From Eledone cirrhosa (Eukaryota), in NCBI GenBank assembly GCA_964016885.1, contig OZ024747.1:10044001-10108000 (forward strand): a DNA stretch of 64,000 nucleotides. Reading direction: 5' to 3'. The translations under genes were made by a program, and so were the position numbers. A model generated the notes under the pieces. It made no database searches. It worked only from the letters and a program-made list of their open reading frames with translations, and was not told the origin of the DNA. Every line of letters starts with the position of its first letter. Within the stretch, counting starts at the first letter, position 1. Below, piece by piece: positions 27,351-39,500 of this stretch.

Positions 27351-28064
27351 TGAGTGTGTGTGAGTGTGTGTGTGTAATTTAATCACTGGAAACAAACTGT
27401 TAAACTAGATATCCAGATATTCCAAAGGGATGGCTTCCATAAGATGTAAAACTTCCAAGATTCCCTCAGCAACAATAACTTATAGGATGTTATGTTTACC
27501 ATACTTTATAACTGTGACCACAACACAGAGGAACCTGGTGAAATTAATGCATATAAAGACATATTTACGACAATACTTCATGCAATTCTTCAACAAATTT
27601 CTCAATATAATATGATGTTCTATATAAGAAAGATATAAACAGCGATACGGAAATATTTGCAGATCTAAAATCTAGAAATAAAACAGACAAAAAATAATAT
27701 TTTCGTTGGGAAAAAGTATGTTGTTGCTCAATGTATTCCATTGTCCATATTCTTCAATTTATTGGAAGAAAATTCGTAACATCTAGATGAGATCAATAAC
27801 ACACTTCGAACTCTCACCCTCCCCATTTCTCCTCCACTCAGTGTTTATTTGTAATAATATAATATGTAAAGAAGAGAGGATTATTCTCAATATAAGAGAT
27901 AAGTATCAGGTGATGGTCTCGATGGTGCTTGGCTATTCTAGTGTCTTACACTCGCCATCTCCATCATCCGTGGCTATTCTGCCAGGGTGTTGGCTTCACT
28001 CAAACCTCATTAGAGGCAAATTACAGCCCCCTTCTCCTCCATCGAATACTATATGTATATATAA

Positions 28065-28135
<71 letters not shown>

Positions 28136-28550
28136 GTATGAATATATTTGCAACTCGATGGCAGCCAATGCTGTTGACCTATTCTTCTTCTTGGATATCT
28201 GTCGCCATTGTTCAGAGAGTGGCATTAGGTTCAGCGCAAGGCTTTTCTTCACTTTAAAAAGGCTTTTTTCCTTCTTTTTACTGGTCTTAAGCATTTCGTT
28301 TCCCCTTAAGAAAACTATTGGCTGCTCTTCTAAAATGATCTGTCAGCCTGATCCGCCATGACAGTTGGAGAGAGATGCTTCTGACAGAACCTAATGGAAG
28401 GAGTGCTTTGGGACTTTATTTAATTTTATATTCCTAAATTTTACTATAAATTTTACTATAAATTTTACTATAAATTGTTGGAAAATCCTTGGTTATAATA
28501 ATAAAAGCTTCAACTTCTTATATTATTTAAAACTAGATTGTTACCCGTAA

Positions 28551-28712
28551 TAATTGTTTCTACTTTTGGCACAAGGCCAGCAATTATTCCAGTGCATTAC
28601 TGGTGCTTTATTTTATCGACCCCATAAGGATGAAAGGCAAAGTTAAGCTCAGCGAGATTTGAACTCAGTCCGTAAAGGGACGTAACTGTGCTGCAAAGCA
28701 TGGCGTCCGACC
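28551..28712 (-). mobile_element. SINE family A
   Basis: Reverse complement of the family A body. Confidence 0.8.
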
Positions 28713-28915
28713 CTTGCGTTCAGTTCCATAGCAAATTAAATGTATTTAGTTTGTCACTAAATATCGTGTGAATCAATATGGAATCTAATACTGTAAAACG
28801 TAAGGACCGAAACACTTGAGGACGGTGGGGGTAAGGGGTTCTTCTCTGAAGACCTTCTGTTGTCCAGTTCTCCTTATAGTTTCTTACCACACACACACAT
28901 ATATATATATATATG

Positions 28916-28996
<81 letters not shown>

Positions 28997-29085
28997 ATGT
29001 ATATATATGTGTGTATTATATTTACGTATGTATATATGTATACATGTATGTATTATGTATATGTGTGTGTGTACGTATATATGTA

Positions 29086-29123
<38 letters not shown>

Positions 29124-29180
29124 TACATATATACATATATGTATTTATGTATGTATGTGTGTATATATGTATATGTATGT

Positions 29181-29240
<60 letters not shown>

Positions 29241-29599
29241 CAGGTCACTAGTTGGTGCTACTGGTAACATGTATTCCAGTACAACCTTTCCCATGGTCGG
29301 GTCGTTGGCGACTAAACTGGCAACCCCACCAAGGTTTCTTGGTGGGAATGTGACTTTGGACATCCTGCAGGACTAAAAACAAAGGGAAAAGGAGCTCTTA
29401 AGAGTCAATGGCCATCCAAAATCACCGGGAGAGATGACCCCTTAGCCTTTGTCAAGGCAGAATTCTAGGAGAAGGAAAACTCTGATATAACACCTGCAAC
29501 CCTGATGGTATCCAATGATGTTGACTTGTTGTTCTTTTTGGTAAATATCATCTTGGTTAAGAGAGTGGGACTGGCTTTGTGCAGTGCCTTTGCTCACTA

Positions 29600-29776
29600 T
29601 AAAAGCTTCACGGCACAGGCATTGCTTTATATCTGGAGATCTCTCTGCACTTGTCATCACATGGTACCATGGGCCCAGCACTATGTGTCAATAATTGTCA
29701 CAGGTGTAGTGTTTGTACCAGAGTTTTCAAGTCGCTGGCTGGACTAAAAAGTCACACTCGTTCAGCGCATTGGTAG
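29600..29776 (+). pseudogene. RTE/BovB-like ORF2 C-terminal remnant with a C2H2 zinc finger
   Basis: 29699-29770 translates HRCSVCTRVFKSLAGLKSHTRSAH (CxxC-x12-H-x4-H); upstream, in another frame, WRSLC as in RTE C-termini. Confidence 0.55.
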
Positions 29777-30147
29777 GCTTTCTCCAACATGGATATAAAG
29801 TAGTGGCCGTACTCGAAAACGAGTTGGTAGCCACCATATATGTATATATGTATGTATGTGTGTGTGAGTATGTATGTGTGTGTGTATGTATGTGTGTGTG
29901 TATGTATGTTTGTATATATGCGTGTTTATGAGCCAGTTAGCGCGACATGTACATGGTAGCTTGACTTGATAGAAATAGCAACTTCCGGTCGGTCATATCT
30001 TATGTTAAAATCATTTGCTTTCTCTATAGACTTCCTTCCGGTTGTATAGCGTATGTTATGAACCGAATTGGACATGGTTTTATTTTAAGAAATCGGAAGA
30101 AAGGAGAATAAATTGTGAGCGCCGCATATTCCTCGCCTGCGTGTGTT

Positions 30148-30238
<91 letters not shown>

Positions 30239-30529
30239 ATACAGAGAGAGAGAGAGAGAACATCTTATACAAAATCACTGAGCGGTAGATCCTAATAAAG
30301 TCATCTAAAAAGAACATTTTACAACCATCTTTCCCTAAGGATATAGTCTTAGTTAAATAACCTAAAGCTAGAAGGCTTCACTAAGTTCCTTTTCTGCAGT
30401 CTATTGGGATCTATCCCTCAGTGATTTTGTGTAAGATGTTCCAAATGTATTTGCTTCTCTAAATGAGATTTTTTTTAGCGATCTCTCTTCATTGAGATGT
30501 TATGTATATTGGTGACAAATTTTCTTATG

Positions 30530-30641
<112 letters not shown>

Positions 30642-30650
30642 TGTATGTAT

Positions 30651-30808
30651 ACTCTGTAATCCGCGGTTCGTTAGACCCCTTACAATAGTAATGGAAGTAA
30701 TGGAAAAATGTTACTGTCCCTGGATTGGATATATATATATATATCCAGGGACTGTAACATTTTTCCATTACCATTGTAAGGGGTCTAACGAACCGCGGAT
30801 TACAGAGT
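30651..30808. repeat. ~158-bp palindrome with a (TA)n centre, adjacent to a (TA)n tract
   Basis: actctgtaatccgcggttcgttagaccccttacaat...tccctgga / tccagggac...attgtaaggggtctaacgaaccgcggattacagagt. Confidence 0.9.
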
Positions 30809-30919
30809 CAGGCTAGATCGATACAGATCGAATCTTGAGCTGATCAATGGCGAAACACGCGTCACCAACCAATAACCGTAATGAAGGAGTAACCAATCGT
30901 CCTTATTATTTTATTTCAC

Positions 30920-30963
<44 letters not shown>

Positions 30964-30967
<4 letters not shown>

Positions 30968-31086
30968 TTCCGTTATAACGAAATTCAATCGAGCGTTTGC
31001 TTGTTATTACCTTGAGGATTGAGAACATTTTTGTTATACTAAAAAATTCGTTATAATGGTATTCGTTATAACGGAATTTTACCTGT
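30964..31086. mobile_element. Tc1/mariner-type MITE remnant
   Basis: aaattccgttataacgaa ... ttcgttataacggaattttacctgTA inverted termini. Confidence 0.6.
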
Positions 31087-31112
31087 ACATATATATATAT
31101 ATGTGTGTGTAT

Positions 31113-31995
31113 AAGGCAGGAAGCTGTTTAGTCTGTCAAAGCTGAAAGCGAAGTCCAGGGTTGGCCAGGTATTCACCAGAGAAATGCTATTTGAAGATGA
31201 GGCAGTATTGGCAGCGCAATCTGAGGACTAAATGCAGCACCTCATTAACAAACTCTCGTGAGCCTGCCACGAATTCAACCTGACCATTAGTTTGAAGAAA
31301 ACCAGCGTATTGGGCCAATGTGCCCAGCACCCCCTACCATCATCATCATCATCAACTACAAGATGGAGGTAATTCACGAATTCATCTACCTCGGCTCTAC
31401 CATCTCTGACAGTCTCTCCTTGGACTCCGAGGTCAGCAGGAGAGTTGGACGAACAACATTTCCATTTGTTAGGCTGACGAAGAGAGCCTGAGAGAACAGA
31501 AAACTAACTAGAAACACCAAGATTGCTGTCTACAAGGCGTGCCTTCAGCACACTACTTTACAGCAGTGAGATATGGACCCTCCACTCCTGACAGAAGCGA
31601 CGTCTCAATATCTTCCACCTTCGTTGTCCGAGACGCATTTTTGGATATCAAGTGGACCGACTGAGTCACCAACAGTGAAGTCCTCAACCGCACCAAGATA
31701 CCCAGCATATACACCCTGCTCAATCAGGGCCGTCTGTGCTGGCACGGTCAGGTACATATTATGCCGGATGGGAAGATCCCAAAAGACCTACTGTTTGGGG
31801 TACAGGCCATCGGCACAAGAGCGTGAAGACGACCTCATATTTGTTCCAATGGCGTCTGCAGGAGGGATATGAAGTCAAAGATGGGATGAGGTCGCTAATG
31901 ATCGCCCCCACTGGAAACGAGTATTACGCAAGAGGATGGAACGATGGGAAGAGAAACTGAAACTTGCCACCGACGAAAAGTGTACTCAAAAAAGA
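31113..31995 (+). mobile_element. 5'-truncated RTE (BovB-like) LINE, RT C-terminal half, pseudogenised
   Basis: KLFSLSKLKAKS..REMLFEDEAVLAAQSED*MQHLINKLS*ACHEFNLTISLKKT..EVIHEFIYLGSTISDSLSLDSEVSRRVG.., then LLYSSEIW and RMGRS..K; stops and frameshifts. Confidence 0.9.
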
Positions 31996-32310
31996 ACAAC
32001 GCAGTAACACCGGAAATGCAGTTGCTGTATACATATATATATATGGGTGTCTGGCAGTTGCCCAATATCGGTTTGTATTTCTTTTCTTGATTTATTATTT
32101 TAAATTGAGTCTGGCAAACCGTATTGTTAATAGTTAGTATTTTTTTCACCCTAGCGAATCTGGTCTCTTACGATTTGAACACACATATGTATATATCTGT
32201 GTTTATCTCTCTTTTATATTCAGTTATATTACACGGCTCAGAAAAACCTCTTTCTTTGAGGTACTTAATCGTAAGAGACTATTTTGAGTTCCTAACTCAA
32301 TGTATACCTT

Positions 32311-32377
<67 letters not shown>

Positions 32378-32601
32378 TGAAAATAGGGAGAAAAAGACGA
32401 TTATTAGGAAGAAAAAAATTTTTTTCTCTTTTTTCTGGGTTAGAAAATGTTTAAAACGAAATATTTTACTTTGTGTGAAGTGTTAAGGTATTAGTTAATT
32501 TATTTATCTATTAACAATGGGATTTATTTATTTATTTAATAATTGTCTATTACCGGTTTCAGCATTTTATGCATTATCAAAGGGGGGAATTTGTATTGGT
32601 G

Positions 32602-32664
<63 letters not shown>

Positions 32665-32879
32665 GTTAAAAGTGTACATCCACATATGTATACTGAAATA
32701 CTAGTATGCATATAAATACACACACGTATACATATGTACATGTACCGAGTTTTTCACTGGACACTTTACTGTGAGTGTCCAGCTAGTCTGTATGTAACCA
32801 AACAGACAAACCGGGTTTTAGAGTCATACGGGTTTTCAAGGAAACACCTTTCCTCTATTCTCCAGAGAGCCAGACAGGA

Positions 32880-32922
32880 ATATTGGACTAGTTTCGATGT
32901 TATTACATCTCATCAGCAATAT
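32880..32922 (-). ncRNA. Minimal type I hammerhead ribozyme (inverted copy)
   Basis: Exact reverse complement of 33368-33410. Confidence 0.92.
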
Positions 32923-33367
32923 ATACCCATCTTCCGGCTTCTCTAGAGAATCGTAAAAGCACATATCATTATATGCTTTTTCTATGAAAATTAGTAGTGG
33001 GCAGACTAATTTGCATAGAACGTGAGTTGTACGCACCGGTTCAGCGGAAACGATAAAAACAAATAACGAAACGAAATCAAATTTCGTTTCGTTTGTAACT
33101 AGTATTTCATATGCATACTAGTATTTCAGTATACATATGTGGATGTACACTTTTAACTTAATTGTTTAAGCGTCAGTCATACAAAAGTGAGTTACAAACG
33201 AAACGAAATTTGATTTTGTTTCGTTATTTGTTTTTATCGTTTCCGCTGAACCGGTGCGTACAACTCACGTTCTATGCAAATTAGTCTGCCCACTACTAAT
33301 TTTCATAGAAAAAGCATATAATGATATGTGCTTTTACGATTCTCTAGAGAAGCCGGAAGATGGGTAT

Positions 33368-33410
33368 ATATTGCTGATGAGATGTAATAACATCGAAACT
33401 AGTCCAATAT
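33368..33410 (+). ncRNA. Minimal type I hammerhead ribozyme
   Basis: atattg-CTGATGA-gatgt aata acatc-GAAA-cta-GTC^-caatat; perfect stems I and II, palindromic stem III (ACTAGT); predicted cut after 33404. Confidence 0.92.
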
Positions 33411-33814
33411 TCCTGTCTGGCTCTCTGGAGAATAGAGGAAAGGTGTTTCCTTGAAAACCCGTATGACTCTAAAACCCGGTTTGTCTGTTTGGTTACATAC
33501 AGACTAGCTGGACACTCACAGTAAAGTGTCCAGTGAAAAACTCGGTACATGTACATATGTATACGTGTGTGTATTTATATGCATACTAGTATTTCAGTAT
33601 ACATATGTGGATGTACACTTTTAACTTAATTGTTTAAGCGTCAGTCATACAAAAGTGAGTTACAAACGAAACGAAATTTGATTTCGTTTCGTTATTTGTT
33701 TTTATATATATATATAGATATATATACTGTATGAGGTGAGTTTTATTGTAGCACAATAAAGCAATGCAAATATCGGATAAGTAGCACTCTACAGTTTGTA
33801 GGACTGGAGTATAA

Positions 33815-34141
33815 ATAATATAAGATCAACAGATCGTTAAAAGAGTTCCAAGTATTTTATTATGCGCATTTCAAAAACAAATATCATCATGGGATGATAT
33901 CTGCGTTCTCATCAGATAAAATAGGGATACATGATATGAAGCTTAAAAAACACTTGTGAATAGTGAAGTTTTAAATCAACATATTTTGATTTAAAACTTC
34001 ACTATTCACAAGTGTTTTTTAAGCTTCATATCATGTATCCTATTTTATCTGATGAGAACGCAGATATCATCCTATGATGATATTTGTTTTTGAAATGCGC
34101 ATAATAAAATACTTGGAACTCTTTTAACCATCTTTTGATCT

Positions 34142-34149
<8 letters not shown>
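33815..34149. mobile_element. ~335-bp fold-back element with a hammerhead in each arm
   Basis: Arms of ~165 bp around a 6-nt loop at 33980-33985; ends in (TA)n. Confidence 0.9.
34041..34111 (+). ncRNA. Type I hammerhead ribozyme (mirror copy on the - strand at 33853-33923)
   Basis: tattttat-CTGATGA-gaacgcagatatcatc ctat gatgatatttgttttt-GAAA-tgcgc-ATA^-ataaaata; 8-bp perfect stem I, long stem II, palindromic stem III ATGCGCAT. Confidence 0.88.
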
Positions 34150-34180
<31 letters not shown>

Positions 34181-34523
34181 TGTTTGTATATTCTCTGTCT
34201 TTTCCACCTTGTCTTTCTCACTTCCCCTTCAGTGTATACTCTCATCCTGACTAAGTTGGACTATATCTCTATCTCTTCTTCCCAGATGCAACACATTGGT
34301 TTGTAGCAGATTATATCATATTTGTAAATACGAAAGACCAATTGTCCGGTCCATGTGCACGAGAGCTAGTGGTATCAATCTTAAAGAACGGAAACCACGA
34401 GGACATCCAGCTGTTGACTGAGGAGGAGGGAATGTCTTGTGTTTCGTCCGGTTTTTCATTGTCTTCCAGCTTTTTCTTCTTATTCGTTTTATATGATCCT
34501 AGCCATACAGGACACTTTTTCAA

Positions 34524-34553
<30 letters not shown>

Positions 34554-34554
<1 letters not shown>

Positions 34555-34690
34555 ATCAGGAAAGCCTGATGATTTCTTTTGCATGAAACAGTTCTAGTCT
34601 TGCAGAAGCCATTTCTATATTAAAGTTGATGTTTACACTCTACTTATGTATTGAGTACTTTACACTGGTTACCCCGGATTGAACCCGAGA
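34554..34690 (+). mobile_element. Single arm of the 'ctgatgatttc...gaaacagttctagtcc' family with a short fold-back start
   Basis: Homologous to 42478-42679 and 44836-45000. Confidence 0.7.
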
Positions 34691-34928
34691 CTTATTTATA
34701 TACATACACAAAGTACGGGTTTAACATAGTATCATTTACTAGGGGTCCCAAATAGCTAGGTTCCGTGTGATAAGCCTTGTATTCTAAGTAATATATATTA
34801 CATTTAACCTTTTAATTTACATTAAAAAAATTAGGGCCCTTTATACTTCATGCTTCAGGCCCCAAACTAACCTAATTCACCACTCTGTATATATATATCC
34901 ACACACACACATATTCATATATATGTAC

Positions 34929-34961
<33 letters not shown>

Positions 34962-35147
34962 TGTATGTATGTATGTTTGTATGTATGTATGTATGTATGT
35001 ATGTATGTATGTATGTATGTATGTATGTATGTATGTGTGTGTGTGTCTATCTAACTATCTAATTATCTATCTATATCTATATGTAGGAGGTGAGTTTTAT
35101 TGTAACGTGTATGTGTGTAATCATATATATATATATATATGTGTGTA

Positions 35148-35222
<75 letters not shown>

Positions 35223-35931
35223 ATACATACACACATATATATATATCTCACCTCCTACATACACACATATATATATCCACATACACATATATATCCACAC
35301 ACACACACACTCATACATATACACACATATATATATACTATATCTCCAACAACTAGAATGGAGTCTTTCTCCTCAGTCAGTTTAGTTGATGGCGATGTCG
35401 TTAGTTTTTATATTATTTCCTATTTTAACCCTCCCTCATCCTGCATCCACTGAATATTCAACTCTTTAAATATATTCCTAAAGACTTTCTTTTTGTTTTA
35501 TTTTATAAATAGACATTTTGGTAAAAGAAAACTCTTTTTTTTCTACTTATAAATAAATAGATGACGCCTATTTCGTTATCTACTTCTTTGATTGGTAATT
35601 TTTTTCCCTCTTTTTTTTTTTCACAAAATAATCTATATCTCCAAAGACCTTTCTTTACAACCTTTATTTATCCATGGCTAGGCTAATATTCCTTCTCTCC
35701 TATTTTTCATTCCACACTCTACACTCCCCTAATTTTCCACCCTACACTAGACACCATTCCCCTATTCTTCCACACTCCACTCCACACTCACTTAGCTTCA
35801 CTCAAACTCTGTTCTAAGGCGAACTTTGTTTATTTAGTTATTGTTGTTGTTACTGTATCTTTGGTCTATTGGTCTATATATATTGCATTCGTATAGAATA
35901 TGACCCGTGTGTGAGAGATGTGTATCCGAGG

Positions 35932-36012
<81 letters not shown>

Positions 36013-36246
36013 AGACGGTGCTAACCCAAACTATAGAACACGCATATACATATAGACATGCATATTATATAAGTATATAAACATACAGTATGGGCGTATA
36101 TTATACAGTATATATATATGTGTATATATACACACACACATATATATATACATAATATCGTGTGTATATTATACAATATTGTACACATGTATTTAAATAT
36201 ATATATATATATAATGTATACGTATATATATACATATATGTATATG

Positions 36247-36446
36247 NNNNNNNNNNNNNNNNNNNNNNNNNNNNNNNNNNNNNNNNNNNNNNNNNNNNNN
36301 NNNNNNNNNNNNNNNNNNNNNNNNNNNNNNNNNNNNNNNNNNNNNNNNNNNNNNNNNNNNNNNNNNNNNNNNNNNNNNNNNNNNNNNNNNNNNNNNNNNN
36401 NNNNNNNNNNNNNNNNNNNNNNNNNNNNNNNNNNNNNNNNNNNNNN
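36247..36446. other. Assembly gap (200 N)
   Basis: Run of N. Confidence 1.
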
Positions 36447-36568
36447 GTGCTCTGTACTAAAAAAAGAGAATATATATATTTGTTATATTACTTTTTGTTG
36501 CTACTCTGAGCTTTGCGGGTAGCCGCTAGTTAGCGGGAGACCACAACACTCCGAGTAGCAATAGAAGA

Positions 36569-36650
<82 letters not shown>

Positions 36651-36899
36651 AAATAAATGTGTACTCATAAAGTACATATACATAGCCTATATATATATAT
36701 ATATATATGTGTGTGTTTTGGGAGAGAGACGAAAATGTGGTATATATATATATAAACGATGTTTGCGTGTATAAAGCCTTTTTTTTTCCAAATATTTCCG
36801 TTCACTGCATCTTTTTACATATCGGTTTCCTCTTCCGTTACCAACCTACTATTTTATATATATATATATACATGTGTATATGTATATATATACTCACAC

Positions 36900-37004
36900 A
36901 CTTTCCGTACCCCCCTCGCTCTATTACAACCTGCCCTTCCATCTCACTCTCTTTTTCTTTATCCCTACCCTCCTGCTTTGACTTCTTACAACTCTTTTCA
37001 ACAC

Positions 37005-37066
<62 letters not shown>

Positions 37067-37359
37067 TTTCTAATACTCTCTCTTCTTACTCTTTTATTCT
37101 TCACTCTATATCCTTCGTTCTCTCTGATTTCTTCTCTCTCTATATTCCATACTATCTTTTTTTACTCCTTTTTTTTCTTTCTAATTGTCGTTTCCCTTAT
37201 CCTTTCTCTCATTCTATCTTTCCTCTTCTTCTACACTCTGTAACCCTCTCCTCTCTGCTTCTATTCCTTTTCTCTTCTCTCATTCATTCTTTTCATTTAC
37301 TTTTTCTTACACACACACACATACCCACCCCTCTCTCTCCGTGTCTCTCCACTACATAT

Positions 37360-37404
<45 letters not shown>

Positions 37405-39500
37405 AATTGTTATGTATGTATTTTTAACCCCCTTTCTCTAATGTTTTTATATATTTCACCATTGGTAATTTTTTTAATCTCTTTCCGCAACCCCTTTTGT
37501 TTCCCTCTCCCCTGCACCTTCGGTGCTTCGTTCTACTCTTTCTCTTTTTCTTCTAGTGGAGAGAGAGGGATAGAGAAAGAGAGAGTAGTGGTCTCATAGT
37601 CCTTTCGTTTTCTTCTATGTTCCTCTTACTATCTCTCTTCCTCACTCCTCTAATTCTATATTCCGTCTCCTTTCCTCTATTTCCTTAGATTTTCTTTTCT
37701 GAACTTTCCTCCACCTCATCTTCTTACCCTATCTTCCACTCCTATACTCTTCCACACACACACACACACATATATATATACACACATGTATGTGTGAGGA
37801 GAGAATATATTTATTTCGCATGTTTTTCCCTCTTTTTCTTGCCTTCCTCTCTCTCCTTACACTCACACTTCTCTTCATTTTCTACCTTTCTTTTTTCACT
37901 CTCTTTTACTATTATACTCCCCCCTCCACCTCTTGTGTACTTCCTGTCCATCTCCAAAACTCCTCCACTCGCTCCCTTTCATTAGTTTTTTTCCATCTTC
38001 CTCCTTCTCTCTTTCTCACTCCTGTTGTACTTCTTTTTACACCCCTTTTCTTTATATCATTTGCCTCTATCTCTCATCTTTATCTCTCTCTCCCGCCTCT
38101 CACTCAAACCTATTTACTTTTTCCCTTTTTTCTTTCTCTTTTCATCTCTCTTCTCTTCCTGTCACTCTGCTTCATCCTTTGCTTTTTTTTCCTCACACAG
38201 TTATCTTTATACTCCCTCTCTCCGTCTCTCTCTCTCACTCTCCTTACTGCTCTCATCACTTTAGTACGACATCCACATGTTTTCCTCTCCTCTTTCTCTA
38301 CATCATATATATCCTCATGCTTCTCCCCTTTCCTCACATCTAAACCTTTCTCTCTCTCTCAACCTCATTCTTTACCTCTTAACTTGTCCCTTAGTTCGTA
38401 ACACTTTATATATATATATATTACATACATACATCTCCGAGTCTTTCCATCTCTCTCTCTCTCTTTCACACCCTCACCTCTTTGTCTTTTCTTTCGCCAC
38501 TACTTTTATCACTTTTTATCTTTTATTATTTCTTTTTACACATTTACATGCTTCATCATTTACAATCACCTCCCACTCTCTCTCTTCCTTTCTTTCTAAT
38601 TCCCCCTCACACCTATACATTGTTTTTTTTCCTGCATCTTTGCCACCTTTCTTTCTCTTTCTCTGACTCTCCTCACACCTGGACATTGGGGATTTTTTTT
38701 TACTTCCTCTGCACCTTCGCTTTATGATTACTGCTTTTTTCTTTCTAACTCTAATTTCTCTCCATCAATGCTGTTCTCTCTCTCTCACACACACCTTCCC
38801 ACGCTCTCTCTGTCTTTCATTCTCTCTCTCACACACACACACACACACACCTTCCCTCTCACATATCCTTTGTCTCTCGCATACAACCTTTCTCACTCAT
38901 ACACCCTCTCCATCTTTCACACATACACGCTCCCTTTCTTTCACACATACTCACTATCACACACACACCTTCTTCCTCTCTTAAACCCGCTCTCACACGC
39001 ACATTCTCCTTCTCTCATACACACACACACACCCTTCCCCTCTCTAACATATACACACACCATCACCCTCCCTCTCGCTTATGTTCATACACCCTTTCCC
39101 TCTCTCATACACCCATTCCTTTCACATACAAACACCATCACCCTCCCTTTCTCTGACATACACTTTTTCCTTCTCTCACACATACACTCACCCTTTCCCT
39201 CTCTGTCTCTCACACATACACACACCATCACTCTTCCTCTCTCTCTATTTCTCTTAGTTTTACACTTTCCTTTCTTTCCTCCTTTACCTTCGCCCTTTTC
39301 TTTTATCTTTCTCTCAGTTTTACACTTTCTCTTCTCTCCTCCTTCCCCTCTCCTTCTGTCTCCCTCTTTCGCTATTTCTCTCAGTTTTACACTTTCTCTC
39401 CTCCTTCACCTCTCTCCGTCTCTACACTTTCTCTTATCTCGCCCTTCCCCTCTCTCCTTCTCTTTCTCTCAGTTTTACACTTTCCCTTCCCTCCTCCCTC
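36900..39500. repeat. Long pyrimidine-rich low-complexity (CT/CA) tract
   Basis: Visible strand-asymmetric composition; the ORFs here are low-complexity artefacts. Confidence 0.85.

Larger units (their letters stand above)
32659..33705. mobile_element. Retrozyme-like / Penelope pLTR-like element: 468-bp monomer with 127-bp terminal redundancy plus a 442-bp inverted copy, inserted in (TA)n
   Basis: 32659-33100 is the reverse complement of 33190-33631 (mirror ORFs have identical proteins); 33111-33237 is repeated at 33579-33705. Confidence 0.9.

Noticed and set aside
29699-29770. Host C2H2 zinc-finger gene
   Set aside because: A single finger followed almost immediately by a stop, no TGEKP linker, and RTE-like upstream residues; better explained as a LINE remnant
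32734-33556. Duplicated 70-aa and 66-aa ORFs
   Set aside because: A by-product of the inverted duplication; no recognisable protein, and the region is better explained as ribozyme RNA
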